Assembly (NCBI GenBank): GCA_036490535.1
Contig: DASXDR010000030.1
Span: 15,467-79,466, forward strand
DNA length: 64,000 nucleotides
Source of the DNA: Tepidisphaeraceae bacterium
GTDB lineage: Bacteria; Planctomycetota; Phycisphaerae; Tepidisphaerales; Tepidisphaeraceae
Direction of reading: 5' to 3'
The notes under the pieces are model-generated. The model did not search any database, had not been told where the DNA came from, and worked only from the letters and a program-made list of their open reading frames with translations. Below are positions 55,030-64,000 of the stretch, piece by piece. A program made the translations under genes and the position numbers. Numbering within the stretch: the first letter of the stretch is position 1; every line of letters starts with the position of its first letter.

Positions 55030-55200
55030 ACGAAATCCAAAAAACGAAATACGAAACAAATTCAAAATCCGAAATTTCACATCGCAAATTTCAGGTTTCA
55101 GATGCATCTATAGCCCACGAATAGCCATCCGTGACCCTTAATATTTGTTTAATGATTCGAATTTTGGTATTTGAATTTGTCTCGTATTTCGAATTTCGGA
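55030..55200. repeat. 170-bp CGAAAT-word inverted repeat filling the gdhA/panC divergent region
   Basis: CGAAATCCAAAAAACGAAATACGAAACAAATTCAAAATCCGAAATT ... AATTCGAATTTTGGTATTTGAATTTGTCTCGTATTTCGAATTTCGGA. The spacer holds a degenerate AGCCCACGAATAGCCATCCGTGACCC hairpin. Confidence 0.85.
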
Positions 55201-55207
55201 CTTTGCT

Positions 55208-56053
55208 ATGAGAGTGGCTCACACAATTAAAGACGCGCGTGCCGTTGTCCGGGAGCTTGGTTCCATCGCCCTCGTGCCCACCATGGGCGCTTTGCACACC
55301 GGGCATCTATCGCTGATTGAAGCTGCCAAATCGTTGGCCCCGCATGTGGCTGTCTCCATCTTCGTTAACCCCACGCAATTTGCTCCGCACGAAGATTTCA
55401 ATCGGTATCCGCGACCGATTGAAGAAGATTTGGCCAAATGTCGCAAAGCCGGCGCTTCGCTGGTATTCAACCCTTCGCCGGAAGAGATGTATCCACCCGA
55501 TCAGCCGCTGCTCAAGCAAACGATTATCGACATTCCCGCGATGACCACTGTGCTGGAAGGCAAGCATCGCCCCACGCATTTCCATGGCGTCTGCCAGGTC
55601 GTCGCCAAGCTTTTCAATATTCTCCAGCCCACCGCTGCCGTGTTCGGCCAAAAAGATTACCAGCAATTCCGCATCCTCCAAGCCATGGTGCAGGCCCTGG
55701 ATTTTCCGATCGAGATGAAAATGGCGCCGACCCTTCGCGATCCGGATGGCCTGGCCCTCTCCTCGCGCAACGCTTATCTCACGCCCGAGCAGCGCTCCCA
55801 GGCCCTGGCCATTTCCCGCGCCCTGTTTAAAGCCCGCGACGATGTAGCTTCCGGCATCCGTCAAACCAACCGCCTGATTGCCACCATGCGCAACACTTTG
55901 CTAGAGAATCGCCTGATTATCGACTACGCCGCCGCCGTCGATCCCCAGACCTTGCAGCCCGTTGAACAAATCAGTGGCCCGACTGTCTTCGCCATCGCCG
56001 CGCGCGTGGGGAATACGCGATTAATCGACAATATTATTGTTGGAGAAAAATGA
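55208..56053 (+). CDS. panC: Pantoate--beta-alanine ligase
   Basis: 281 aa. PTMGALHTGHLSL (HIGH-like) and GQKDYQQ motifs. Confidence 0.93.
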   Translation: MRVAHTIKDARAVVRELGSIALVPTMGALHTGHLSLIEAAKSLAPHVAVSIFVNPTQFAPHEDFNRYPRPIEEDLAKCRKAGASLVFNPSPEEMYPPDQPLLKQTIIDIPAMTTVLEGKHRPTHFHGVCQVVAKLFNILQPTAAVFGQKDYQQFRILQAMVQALDFPIEMKMAPTLRDPDGLALSSRNAYLTPEQRSQALAISRALFKARDDVASGIRQTNRLIATMRNTLLENRLIIDYAAAVDPQTLQPVEQISGPTVFAIAARVGNTRLIDNIIVGEK

Positions 56054-56583
56054 ATCATTCAGAATTGGCTCGTCGCATCGCTGAAGTTGCTCTGCTCCGC
56101 GGAGAATTTACTCTGCGCAGTGGGCGTAAGAGTAATTATTACCTGGATAAATATCGCTTTGAAACGCAGCCGGACATTCTCAAGGCGCTGGGGCAAATGC
56201 TCGCGGAGCGCGTCCCGCCGCACGTGAATCGCATTGCGGGCGCAGAGCTGGGCGCTGTCGCATTGGCCGCTGCTGCATCCATGGCTTCGGGCAAACCCTG
56301 CCTGTTCATCCGCAATCAGAAAAAAGACTATGGCACTGCCAAGCAAATCGAAGGCGTTCTCGAAAAAGGGGAAAGTGTCGTTATTGTTGAAGACATCTGC
56401 ACCACCGGCGGGCAGGTTCTCGAAGCCTGCAAAACGCTCGAGTCCCTCGGCGCGAAAATCGACCGTGTGATTGGCATTATCGACCGCCTGGAGGGTGCCC
56501 GCGAAAATATCGAATCGGCTGGCTATAAGTTCGAATCGCTCTTCACGACGGCCGACCTGGGCATCAAACCAGATGCAGAATGA
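56050..56583 (+). CDS. pyrE: Orotate phosphoribosyltransferase
   Basis: 177 aa with the PRPP-binding motif VVIVEDICTTGG. 4-bp overlap with panC. Confidence 0.9.
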   Translation: MNHSELARRIAEVALLRGEFTLRSGRKSNYYLDKYRFETQPDILKALGQMLAERVPPHVNRIAGAELGAVALAAAASMASGKPCLFIRNQKKDYGTAKQIEGVLEKGESVVIVEDICTTGGQVLEACKTLESLGAKIDRVIGIIDRLEGARENIESAGYKFESLFTTADLGIKPDAE

Positions 56584-56689
56584 AAGAATTGAATCATCGG
56601 AGTATTGAAAACCAAGCCCCAACTCCTATTGATTCAATGATTCAATTCTGCATTCTCTTTTCCCCTTTCCCCGCTACAATTCCGCACCA

Positions 56690-58315
56690 TTGAGTGACAC
56701 CCAACGACCCATCGATTCCCTCGACGCCTGGAGCAGATTCTTCCAGCTCTATTTCTGGTGGCTGCTTAAAAACATCGTTGGCTGGGCACTGATTATTGCG
56801 TCGCCGGCGGCGACTTTTCTTCCTATTCCTGCTGCCACCTTAATCTTTTTTCTCATCGGATTCGGTCTGATCACTTTCCCAGGCAAACGGCGACTGACTG
56901 CGCGATTCCTTGTCGGAAAACCGCTCCCCCTCTCGCACCGCCTGGCTTCATGGATCGCCGGATTTCTTGCGGTGATCGTACCAGCGCTCCTTTTCTGGTA
57001 CGTCGCCGGCAAGCAACTCATTAAAACCACAATTGTTCCTCGACTCTCCGTAGTTATTAGCGCTTCGATTGCTGGTTACCTCGTTGTCGGCATTGTCACC
57101 TGGTTCCTCTCCTGGACCGCCCTGAAAATTACCAATCGCCTATTACGGTTGATACCTATTATTCGACGGCGCGTGCGCCCCTGGCTGCGGCGGCATGGCG
57201 TTAATGTTCTGCCTCCTCGACGCGCCCATCCGGGTGCAACCGAATCACAAATCCAGCAGGACGTGGTCGAACTTTCCCCCGCCCAGCAGGAGCGAGTGAA
57301 TCGTGCCTGGATCTGGACCAAGCGCTGGGCCCGACGCGGCATCGGCTTGCTCATCACCATCGCGATCTTCTTCTGGATGGCCAAGCCGATTGTTAAGCAA
57401 TGGCACGAGGTCGCCCCCTATGCCGACCAGATCAATCCCGGGCGATTCATTCTCGCAGCGCTTATCTTTTCTTTTTTTCTTTTTACGTTTCGCGCTCTGG
57501 TCTGGCGATCCATCCTGATTGGTTTCGGCCATACACTTCCGATCCCGGCAGCCTTGCGCATCTGGTCCACCTCGGAACTTGCTCGCTATATCCCCGGCTC
57601 GATCATGCAGGTGGTCGGTCGAGCCTATCTCGCTAAACCTTACGGCGTCAGCGGCACGATCTGCTCCACAAGCCAGATTCTCGAATTGGCAACGTTTTTG
57701 CTCGCCAATATTTTCGTGGCCGTTGCATGCCTGCTCTGGCTGATCGCCAAAATTGACCCGGCGGCGCGGCCCTGGCTGATCTTGGCCATGTGCCTGCTAC
57801 CGTTGCTGGGTATTTTGCTGCACCCGAAAGTTTTTTACGGAATCACCAATACCATTTGCGCCAGACTGAATAAACCGCCCATCGCCGTGCGGCTTTCAGG
57901 GAAGAAATTATTTTTTCTCTTCTGCTGGTCGGTGTTGGGATTGCTCGTGCAATCGATGGCCATTTATCTGCTACTCGGCTCGGCACTGCACGTGAAATTC
58001 GCCTGGTGGTGGCGCATCGCGGGAAGCTATTGCCTGGCGTGGACCGCTGGATTTCTTGCTGTCACCAATCCTGGCGGGCTGGGCGTGCGCGAATTTGTTT
58101 TTTACTATGCGATGCGGGCCGTTCTTCCCGCTTCGCTCAAAGAGCACTTTGCCGGCGGCGATCGCCAGATTCTCAACGACTATTTGAAATTCCTCGGCAT
58201 TCTGCTGCGCCTCTGGACCATCGTCGGCGAATTGATACTGACCAGTATTGCTTATGTGCTGGATTACAAGGGTGCGCTCAATCGACCCGATGCGCCGGGG
58301 CGCAAATCACCGTAG
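56690..58315 (+). CDS. Multi-pass membrane protein with a lysylphosphatidylglycerol-synthase-TM-like (flippase-like) C-terminal region
   Basis: 541 aa, more than 10 hydrophobic helices. Family call is tentative. TTG start. Confidence 0.55.
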   Translation: MSDTQRPIDSLDAWSRFFQLYFWWLLKNIVGWALIIASPAATFLPIPAATLIFFLIGFGLITFPGKRRLTARFLVGKPLPLSHRLASWIAGFLAVIVPALLFWYVAGKQLIKTTIVPRLSVVISASIAGYLVVGIVTWFLSWTALKITNRLLRLIPIIRRRVRPWLRRHGVNVLPPRRAHPGATESQIQQDVVELSPAQQERVNRAWIWTKRWARRGIGLLITIAIFFWMAKPIVKQWHEVAPYADQINPGRFILAALIFSFFLFTFRALVWRSILIGFGHTLPIPAALRIWSTSELARYIPGSIMQVVGRAYLAKPYGVSGTICSTSQILELATFLLANIFVAVACLLWLIAKIDPAARPWLILAMCLLPLLGILLHPKVFYGITNTICARLNKPPIAVRLSGKKLFFLFCWSVLGLLVQSMAIYLLLGSALHVKFAWWWRIAGSYCLAWTAGFLAVTNPGGLGVREFVFYYAMRAVLPASLKEHFAGGDRQILNDYLKFLGILLRLWTIVGELILTSIAYVLDYKGALNRPDAPGRKSP

Positions 58316-59206
58316 AAAAATATCAATGGTTCCGAGCGTACAAAGCCCCACGCTGATAATCCCATTGATCGTGAAAAAGGCGAGATTCACTTTCGACAAA
58401 TCATCCGCATGCACGAGCGAATGCTCGATGACGAGGAGAAGAATCGCTGCTGCTGCCCCAACGAAATAGAGCGCGCCAAATGCCGGTGTCACATATCCCA
58501 GAAAGATTATAAAAAATGCGGAAAACAGATGCGTGATCCGCGCGATCCACAGAGCATTGCCAATGCCAACCTTGGCAGGCACGGAAAAAATTCCCGTCGC
58601 ACGGTCTGAACTGTAATCCTGGCAGGCATAAATGATGTCGAACCCGGCCGTCCATGTGAAAACCGTCGCAAACATCAACAGCGGCGGCAAATCAACCCGG
58701 CCCTTTATCGCCAGATAAGCGCAAACCGGCGCCAGCGCCAAAGCCCCGCCGAGATAATAATGGCACAATCGCGTGAAGCGTTTGAGGAACGGATAGCCCG
58801 CGACATACGCCAGCACCGGAACGGCCAAAATAAGCGGCCAGGGATTAGAAGCCAGAAACCAAAAGCCGGAAGCCAGAAGAATGAATGCGATGCCACAAAA
58901 AATCAGCACGCCAATATAAATATCGCGCGAAAGTAGCCCGGCCGGTATCGCCCGCCGGGCCGTGCGCGGATTGATCGCATCGAACTTCGCATCAAAAAGT
59001 CGATTCGCCGCCATCGCGAAGGTGCGCGCTGTCACCATGCAGCCCAATATCAATAGGAGGATCGAAATCTTTGGCATCTCCCCTGCCGCCAGGAACATTG
59101 CCAGCAGCGCCCATGGCAAAGCAAAGAGCGTATGCGAAATCTTGATATCCGCGGCAAAGATTCGCAGCTTCTGCGACGGAGAAATCGGAAGTGCAATCGT
59201 GCTCAT
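58307..59206 (-). CDS. UbiA-family aromatic prenyltransferase (4-hydroxybenzoate or MqnP-type)
   Basis: 299 aa, about 8-9 TM. NRLFDAKFDAINPRTARR is the first Asp-rich motif. Clustered with ubiX and ubiE. Confidence 0.8.
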   Translation of the reverse strand: MSTIALPISPSQKLRIFAADIKISHTLFALPWALLAMFLAAGEMPKISILLLILGCMVTARTFAMAANRLFDAKFDAINPRTARRAIPAGLLSRDIYIGVLIFCGIAFILLASGFWFLASNPWPLILAVPVLAYVAGYPFLKRFTRLCHYYLGGALALAPVCAYLAIKGRVDLPPLLMFATVFTWTAGFDIIYACQDYSSDRATGIFSVPAKVGIGNALWIARITHLFSAFFIIFLGYVTPAFGALYFVGAAAAILLLVIEHSLVHADDLSKVNLAFFTINGIISVGLCTLGTIDIFLR

Positions 59207-59781
59207 GCCTTAGGATCCCAGCGCTTGCTGAGCGAATGTTCCACGCCCACCAGATCAAGCAATTTTGCCGCGACGAAATCGGCGATATCAGTCACGCTGG
59301 TAGGATTCAGATAAAGGCCGGGATTGCACGGTGCGATAATTGCGCCAGCATCGGAGATGATTTTGTAATTGTTCACATCGATCGCCGACAATGGCATTTC
59401 GCGGTGCGCCAGGATCAGCTTGCGGCGTTCCTTCAATGTCACCGCCGCAGCTCGCGAAATCAGGCTGCTGCCAATTCCATGTGCCACCAGCCCCAACGTG
59501 TTGCTCGAGCACGGCACGATCACCATCCCATCATGCAAAAATGATCCCGATGCGATGGTCGCTCCGATATCATTAAAATTGTGCAATGTAATCCGATGCT
59601 CGGCTGTCCCCGCTAGCGATTCCAGATTCGGTGATTCCAGCCCCAGCTCATCATGCAGTAGTCGTCTCCCGGCTGGGGAGATGATTAGATGCACTTCCAC
59701 ATCAGCCGCTACTAATCCCTGAATAAAACGCTGAGCGTAGAGCGCTCCGGATGCACCGGTAATGGCAGTAACAATTCGCAT
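59203..59781 (-). CDS. ubiX: Flavin prenyltransferase UbiX
   Basis: MRIVTAITGASGALYA N-terminus and flavoprotein fold. I prefer the ATG at 59781. 4-bp overlap with the downstream ubiA-like gene. Confidence 0.85.
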   Translation of the reverse strand: MRIVTAITGASGALYAQRFIQGLVAADVEVHLIISPAGRRLLHDELGLESPNLESLAGTAEHRITLHNFNDIGATIASGSFLHDGMVIVPCSSNTLGLVAHGIGSSLISRAAAVTLKERRKLILAHREMPLSAIDVNNYKIISDAGAIIAPCNPGLYLNPTSVTDIADFVAAKLLDLVGVEHSLSKRWDPKA

Positions 59782-59827
59782 ATGCACATTATATCCGCTC
59801 CGGCACACACCGCGCAAGCTCGGGCGG

Positions 59828-60616
59828 CTAAACTTTAAATCCTCGATAGCATAGGCAAACGCCAAAAGTCATCGGGAAAACCTCCGCTCTCTCAAATCCC
59901 GCCGTGCGCATCATCTCCAACATCACCTGCGGAGAAATAAACGTATTCACCGACTCGGGTAGATATTTATACGCTCCGGTCTTATCTCCCGAAATCAACG
60001 TCGCTGTGCGCGGGAGAATCTTTCGAAAATAGAAATTGTAAAGCCCGCGCAAGGCAGCATTCGTGGGCAATCCAAATTCCAGAATAACTAGCCGTCCCCC
60101 GGGTCGGAGCACGCGATAAAATTCACGAATGGCTGCCGCGGGATCAGAGACATTGCGAATACCAAATGCGATGGAAATGACATCGGCTGATTGATCTGTA
60201 AACGGTAGCGCCAGTGCGTCGCCGTTGATAAAAGTTATCCCTCTGGCTTCTGCTTTCCTTCGCGCAATGGGAAGCATCTCGTAGGTAAAATCGAGCCCGA
60301 TGAGAGGCGATTCGGATCGGTGCCCGGGTGCTCCGGCTCTACTTGATAATTGATGGAGTCGGTTATGGAAAGCGAGCGTCAGATCGCCCGTCCCGCAGGC
60401 GACATCGAGCACGCGATCCGTCGATTTTAACTCGGCCAACTTCACCGCTTTGCGACGCCAGAGCTGATCCATCCACATTGAATGCAGCCGATTGTTCAGA
60501 TCGTACGATGGCGCAATCGCGGCAAACATCTTGCGCACGCGCGTGCGCTTGTCCGCAGCAGCGTGCGGGTTGCGAAGCAGCTCATCGGTCCAGGCAGTGT
60601 CTGTGGGCATCAGCAA
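59828..60616 (-). CDS. ubiE: Demethylmenaquinone/ubiquinone C-methyltransferase (UbiE/MenG)
   Basis: 262 aa. SAM motif VLDVACGTGD and the family-typical FGIRNV and LRPGGRLVILEF. Confidence 0.88.
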   Translation of the reverse strand: MLMPTDTAWTDELLRNPHAAADKRTRVRKMFAAIAPSYDLNNRLHSMWMDQLWRRKAVKLAELKSTDRVLDVACGTGDLTLAFHNRLHQLSSRAGAPGHRSESPLIGLDFTYEMLPIARRKAEARGITFINGDALALPFTDQSADVISIAFGIRNVSDPAAAIREFYRVLRPGGRLVILEFGLPTNAALRGLYNFYFRKILPRTATLISGDKTGAYKYLPESVNTFISPQVMLEMMRTAGFERAEVFPMTFGVCLCYRGFKV

Positions 60617-60660
60617 AAATTATACGGATTCTTTGTCCGCCTGCTCGAATAAGAATGGAT

Positions 60661-60736
60661 TTAACCACGAAGACAAGAAGCTACGAAAAAATTATTTTGT
60701 TTTTCCCCTTCGTGCCTTCGTGTCTTCGTGGTTAAA
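60661..60736. repeat. AACCAC...GTGGTT-clamped periodic-word palindrome (copy A5)
   Basis: TTAACCACGAAGACAAGAAGCTACGAAAAAA ... CCCCTTCGTGCCTTCGTGTCTTCGTGGTTAA, in the ubiE/DUF72 divergent gap. Confidence 0.85.
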
Positions 60737-60746
60737 TCTTTTTGTT

Positions 60747-61610
60747 ATGCCCCAAACCCGCATCGGCATTTCCGGCTGGCGATACACACCCTGGCGCGGA
60801 ACTTTTTATCCAAAAGGCCTTCCTCAGCGGGCTGAACTCGAATACGCCTCGCGCCAGCTTAATTCCATTGAAATCAATGGTTCTTTTTATGCTCTGCAAA
60901 CTCCAAAAAGTTATCAGCAATGGTATCAAGCCACTCCCGATGATTTCGTCTTCTCCGTCAAAGCCCCACGTTACATCACGCATCTACGCCGGCTGAAGGA
61001 AATCGAGGAACCGCTCGCCAATTTCTTCGCTTCCGGCGTGCTGGCGTTAAACGAAAAGCTCGGCCCGATTCTCTGGCAATTTCCGCCCAGTTTTAAATTT
61101 GATCCAGATCGCTTCGCCGCTTTTTTCGCTTTGCTCCCGCACGATCTAAAAGGTGCTGCCAAAGTTGGGAAAAATTTCAACGCCAATCTCAAAACCGAAC
61201 CCTATCTTACTGTGAAAGACAACCATCGCCTGAAACACGCTGTCGAAATTCGTCATGAATCTTTCCGAGATCCGGCTTTCATCAACCTGTTGCGCGAGCA
61301 CAACATCGCCGGCGTCTTCGCCGATACCGCCGGCAAATGGCCCTACTTTGAAGACGTCACCGCTGATTTTATTTATTGCCGTCTTCATGGCGATGAGCAG
61401 ATTTACGTTTCTGGCTATACGCCGGATGCTTTGCAATATTGGGCTAAACGCTTGAAACTATGGCGCCACGGCCAGGAACCTCCAGATGCCAACCGCTTCA
61501 ATGGCCCTGCTGCATCACGCAAGCACCGCGATATCTATGTCTATTTCGATAACGACGTAAAAGTCCGCGCTCCCGTCGACGCTAAATCGCTGATGGAACT
61601 AATGAAATAA
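60747..61610 (+). CDS. DUF72 domain-containing protein
   Basis: MPQTRIGISGWRYTPWRGTFYP... is the typical DUF72 N-terminus. The longer ORF from 60492 would translate the palindrome and the antisense of ubiE. Confidence 0.8.
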   Translation: MPQTRIGISGWRYTPWRGTFYPKGLPQRAELEYASRQLNSIEINGSFYALQTPKSYQQWYQATPDDFVFSVKAPRYITHLRRLKEIEEPLANFFASGVLALNEKLGPILWQFPPSFKFDPDRFAAFFALLPHDLKGAAKVGKNFNANLKTEPYLTVKDNHRLKHAVEIRHESFRDPAFINLLREHNIAGVFADTAGKWPYFEDVTADFIYCRLHGDEQIYVSGYTPDALQYWAKRLKLWRHGQEPPDANRFNGPAASRKHRDIYVYFDNDVKVRAPVDAKSLMELMK

Positions 61611-61647
61611 CCGGAGCCCGGATGTACATCCCAGAACTGATCTGTCT

Positions 61648-64000
61648 TTACGATACGATTTCCACATTGAAATCCTGATCGCTCACCGGCGTGCTAGTCT
61701 GTGTGTTACTCAGATTTTTCTGCGAAAACTTTCCTTTCGAATCCGACCCGGTGATCGACTTGATATTTTCTGCCGCCACACCGAAAACGTTGCCGGCATT
61801 CGTCGCATTTACATTCCCCAGCACCACGGTGCCAATGTATTGCCCTTCAATGATCGAAGAGCTAAATGCATTGGCTGCTTTGCTGGTCACCGAAAACGCG
61901 GTGATCTGCCCGCCCGATCCCAGTTCAGCCGACGTCGGCGGGAAAGCATCAGCGACACTGACACTCGCGGCCAGCGTGCTTGCTGTCGCCGTGCCCACGC
62001 TCATCTTTTTCACGCTGGTAAGCTCGAACAGTGAATTGCTCCACGCACCCTTGATCGCGACCGTTCCCACAATGCCTGCCGAAAGCGCTGCCTGGAAATT
62101 TCCCTTGATGTTCATCGAAGAGAGCCCATTGACGCTCAGCAAATCTGCCGTGCTATCGGTGTTAAGCCACTGATTAGCATTGAAGCTGGAAATCGATCCC
62201 GAATCAGTGATCTCGCTGTCCTGAATATTTCCCAGTGTGATTTTCGGTGCAACTGCTCCACTGAGATTCAGCGTGCCATTGGTCAGATTTCCTGCCTTGA
62301 TCGTCTTTTCTCCGCTGGTGGTGATCGTGGCGCTGGAGAGATTTCCGATCGTGATCGCCCCAGCAGTTCCAGTCGTGGTCACGTATGGCGCCAAGGTGGT
62401 CGCGGACGATTGTGCGAGGCTGACACCCTTAGCCGAGATCGCCTTGAGTGAGCCGTTTACATCAATGAAATCCAGTGTGGTTGATTTGGTGGTGATGGTC
62501 AGCGTCGTCTTGGCGGTTGTGCCGTCCAGCACGATTCCCACCGCATTCACTCCCGTCACCGCTCCGCCGCTGGGGAAAATGATATTCCCTATAAACGACG
62601 CGGAAACGTTAGAGACTTTCACCGTCACCTTGTTCCCCGCTGCATCGATATAGGTCGCCCCCTTCTTCGGATTAATTGAGACTTCATTAAACGAAGGCGT
62701 CAGCAGCGTCACCGTCGAAGAGGCTGCCGCTGAATCCACGCTCACCAACGAATCGCTCGAGCTGATCGATAGCGTAAAAGTTTTCCCTGCATTGGAGCGT
62801 ACCGTTGCGTTGATCGGAACGCTGATCGTCGCCGTGGTTTGGCCCGGCTGGAAGGTCAGCGTGCCACTGGTTGCCGTGTAATCTGTCCCAGCCGTTGCCG
62901 TGCCGTCAGTAGTGGCATAATCGACGGTCAGCGTCTGCGTGGAGGCATTGGCCAGCGTTACCGTGTACGCTGCGCTGGTCGCATTGATGCTGGGTGATAC
63001 ATTCAGCGTTGCTGGGCTCAGCGAAGCGCCCACGACATCCGCGATCGTGCCGGTGGCCGAGCTATCCGCAAGCGTCACTTCGCTGGTGGACTGCGAATCG
63101 ACGGTCAAATTCACGCCAAACGTGCGATCTCCATTCGCGACCGATCCCAGCACGGTTACCGTCAGCGGTGTTTCCGGCGTGGTCGATCCGGAATCAAAAA
63201 TCAAAACACCCGACGCCGCCGTGTAATCCGTGCCAGCAATCGCGGTCCCATCCACCGTGGTGTAATCCACATATACGGCTTCTGCCGGCGCCACACTGAG
63301 CGTCACCGGGAAAGTGATGGTCTGATCGCTCGACGAGCGCGCAATCTCTTCGTCCGTGATCGACGCTGCTGTGGTATCGGTATTCTGAATCGTCATCGCA
63401 GCATTCGCCGGCGAGCCAATCGTGTAGCTGGCCCCCTGCGTCAACGTCACCGTCAAATTCGTATCCGGATCAACCGATTGATCATCAATCGGCTGCACAT
63501 CAATCGTCGCCGAGGATTGGCCAGCGGGGATGGTGACCGTTCCGCTGAGCGCCGTGTAATTCGTTCCCGCCGCCGCCGTCCCACCCACCGTATAAGAAAC
63601 TGTCATCGGCAGCGCAAAGCCGTTATTGAGTGCATCAGTCCGCGAGACTACGAACTGTGCCGGTGTGGTCGAATTCTCCGGTACGCTGCTGCTCGAAGCT
63701 GTAATCGAAGCCGCCCCCTGAATTTCCACGATTTCAGTTCCCAACGAGGTCGATGCCGCGTAATTTCCGCTGTTATCGGCAATCTGGTTCGGCTCCAGCG
63801 TGAACGTATAGGTCCCGTTGTCCGCAGCAGTCCAAGAACTATCCGGCGACGAAATCTGATACACCGCTGCGTACGGATCATATTGCGGATTCGAGCTGAC
63901 ATTGGCATCGGACTTGGAAATATAAGACGCCAGTTGGCTGTAGCCGTTCGGGCCGGTCACCAGAATGTTGGTTGAATTAAAATCATTGAGATACAAATCC
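61648..64000 (-). CDS. Large secreted repetitive protein with Calx-beta domains; N-terminus beyond the window end
   Basis: The frame stays open to the window edge. At least three Calx-beta-like units (e.g. TVDYATTDGTATAGTDYTATSGTLTFQPGQTTATISVPIN). Confidence 0.8.
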   Translation of the reverse strand, partial: DLYLNDFNSTNILVTGPNGYSQLASYISKSDANVSSNPQYDPYAAVYQISSPDSSWTAADNGTYTFTLEPNQIADNSGNYAASTSLGTEIVEIQGAASITASSSSVPENSTTPAQFVVSRTDALNNGFALPMTVSYTVGGTAAAGTNYTALSGTVTIPAGQSSATIDVQPIDDQSVDPDTNLTVTLTQGASYTIGSPANAAMTIQNTDTTAASITDEEIARSSSDQTITFPVTLSVAPAEAVYVDYTTVDGTAIAGTDYTAASGVLIFDSGSTTPETPLTVTVLGSVANGDRTFGVNLTVDSQSTSEVTLADSSATGTIADVVGASLSPATLNVSPSINATSAAYTVTLANASTQTLTVDYATTDGTATAGTDYTATSGTLTFQPGQTTATISVPINATVRSNAGKTFTLSISSSDSLVSVDSAAASSTVTLLTPSFNEVSINPKKGATYIDAAGNKVTVKVSNVSASFIGNIIFPSGGAVTGVNAVGIVLDGTTAKTTLTITTKSTTLDFIDVNGSLKAISAKGVSLAQSSATTLAPYVTTTGTAGAITIGNLSSATITTSGEKTIKAGNLTNGTLNLSGAVAPKITLGNIQDSEITDSGSISSFNANQWLNTDSTADLLSVNGLSSMNIKGNFQAALSAGIVGTVAIKGAWSNSLFELTSVKKMSVGTATASTLAASVSVADAFPPTSAELGSGGQITAFSVTSKAANAFSSSIIEGQYIGTVVLGNVNATNAGNVFGVAAENIKSITGSDSKGKFSQKNLSNTQTSTPVSDQDFNVEIVS

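Overview
This is a gene-dense 64-kb chromosomal segment. GC looks like roughly 50-55% by eye; I did not compute it. It is most likely from a member of the Planctomycetota. That is inference from a DUF1559 prepilin-like protein, an ESRRLLS-type N-terminus, PEP-CTERM/dockerin and Calx-beta secreted proteins, STAS pairs and a zinc-ribbon Ser/Thr kinase. All calls rest on motifs I recognise in the supplied translations; no similarity search was run.

The content is mostly housekeeping:
- prpBCD (methylcitrate cycle)
- alaS, fabI, tRNA-Lys(UUU), cinA, clpB, cstA, an isolated nuoG-like gene, and infC with an ATT start
- an hsp20-lon operon, cbiX, gdhA and panC-pyrE
- a ubiA/ubiX/ubiE-type quinone cluster
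- two DegT-family aminotransferases, two glycoside hydrolases (a clan GH-A-like enzyme and DUF2961/GH172), a ParDE toxin-antitoxin pair, and several secreted or membrane hypothetical proteins

I saw no rRNA, no CRISPR array, no prophage and no recognisable defence island. I could not identify a convincing multi-gene novel system.

The most unusual content is non-coding:
- Most gene junctions carry long imperfect palindromes whose arms are built from 3-4 tandem copies of a 7-10 nt word. The word differs between loci, but the two arms of each copy stay complementary.
- One such nested palindrome sits in-frame inside an hrpA-like CDS, and that CDS itself lacks the whole helicase core.
- A Y1/HUH (RAYT-like) transposase is flanked by REP doublets.
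- A terminator-ended four-hairpin module has poly-C loops and is a candidate sRNA.
- Several short hairpin families recur at terminators.
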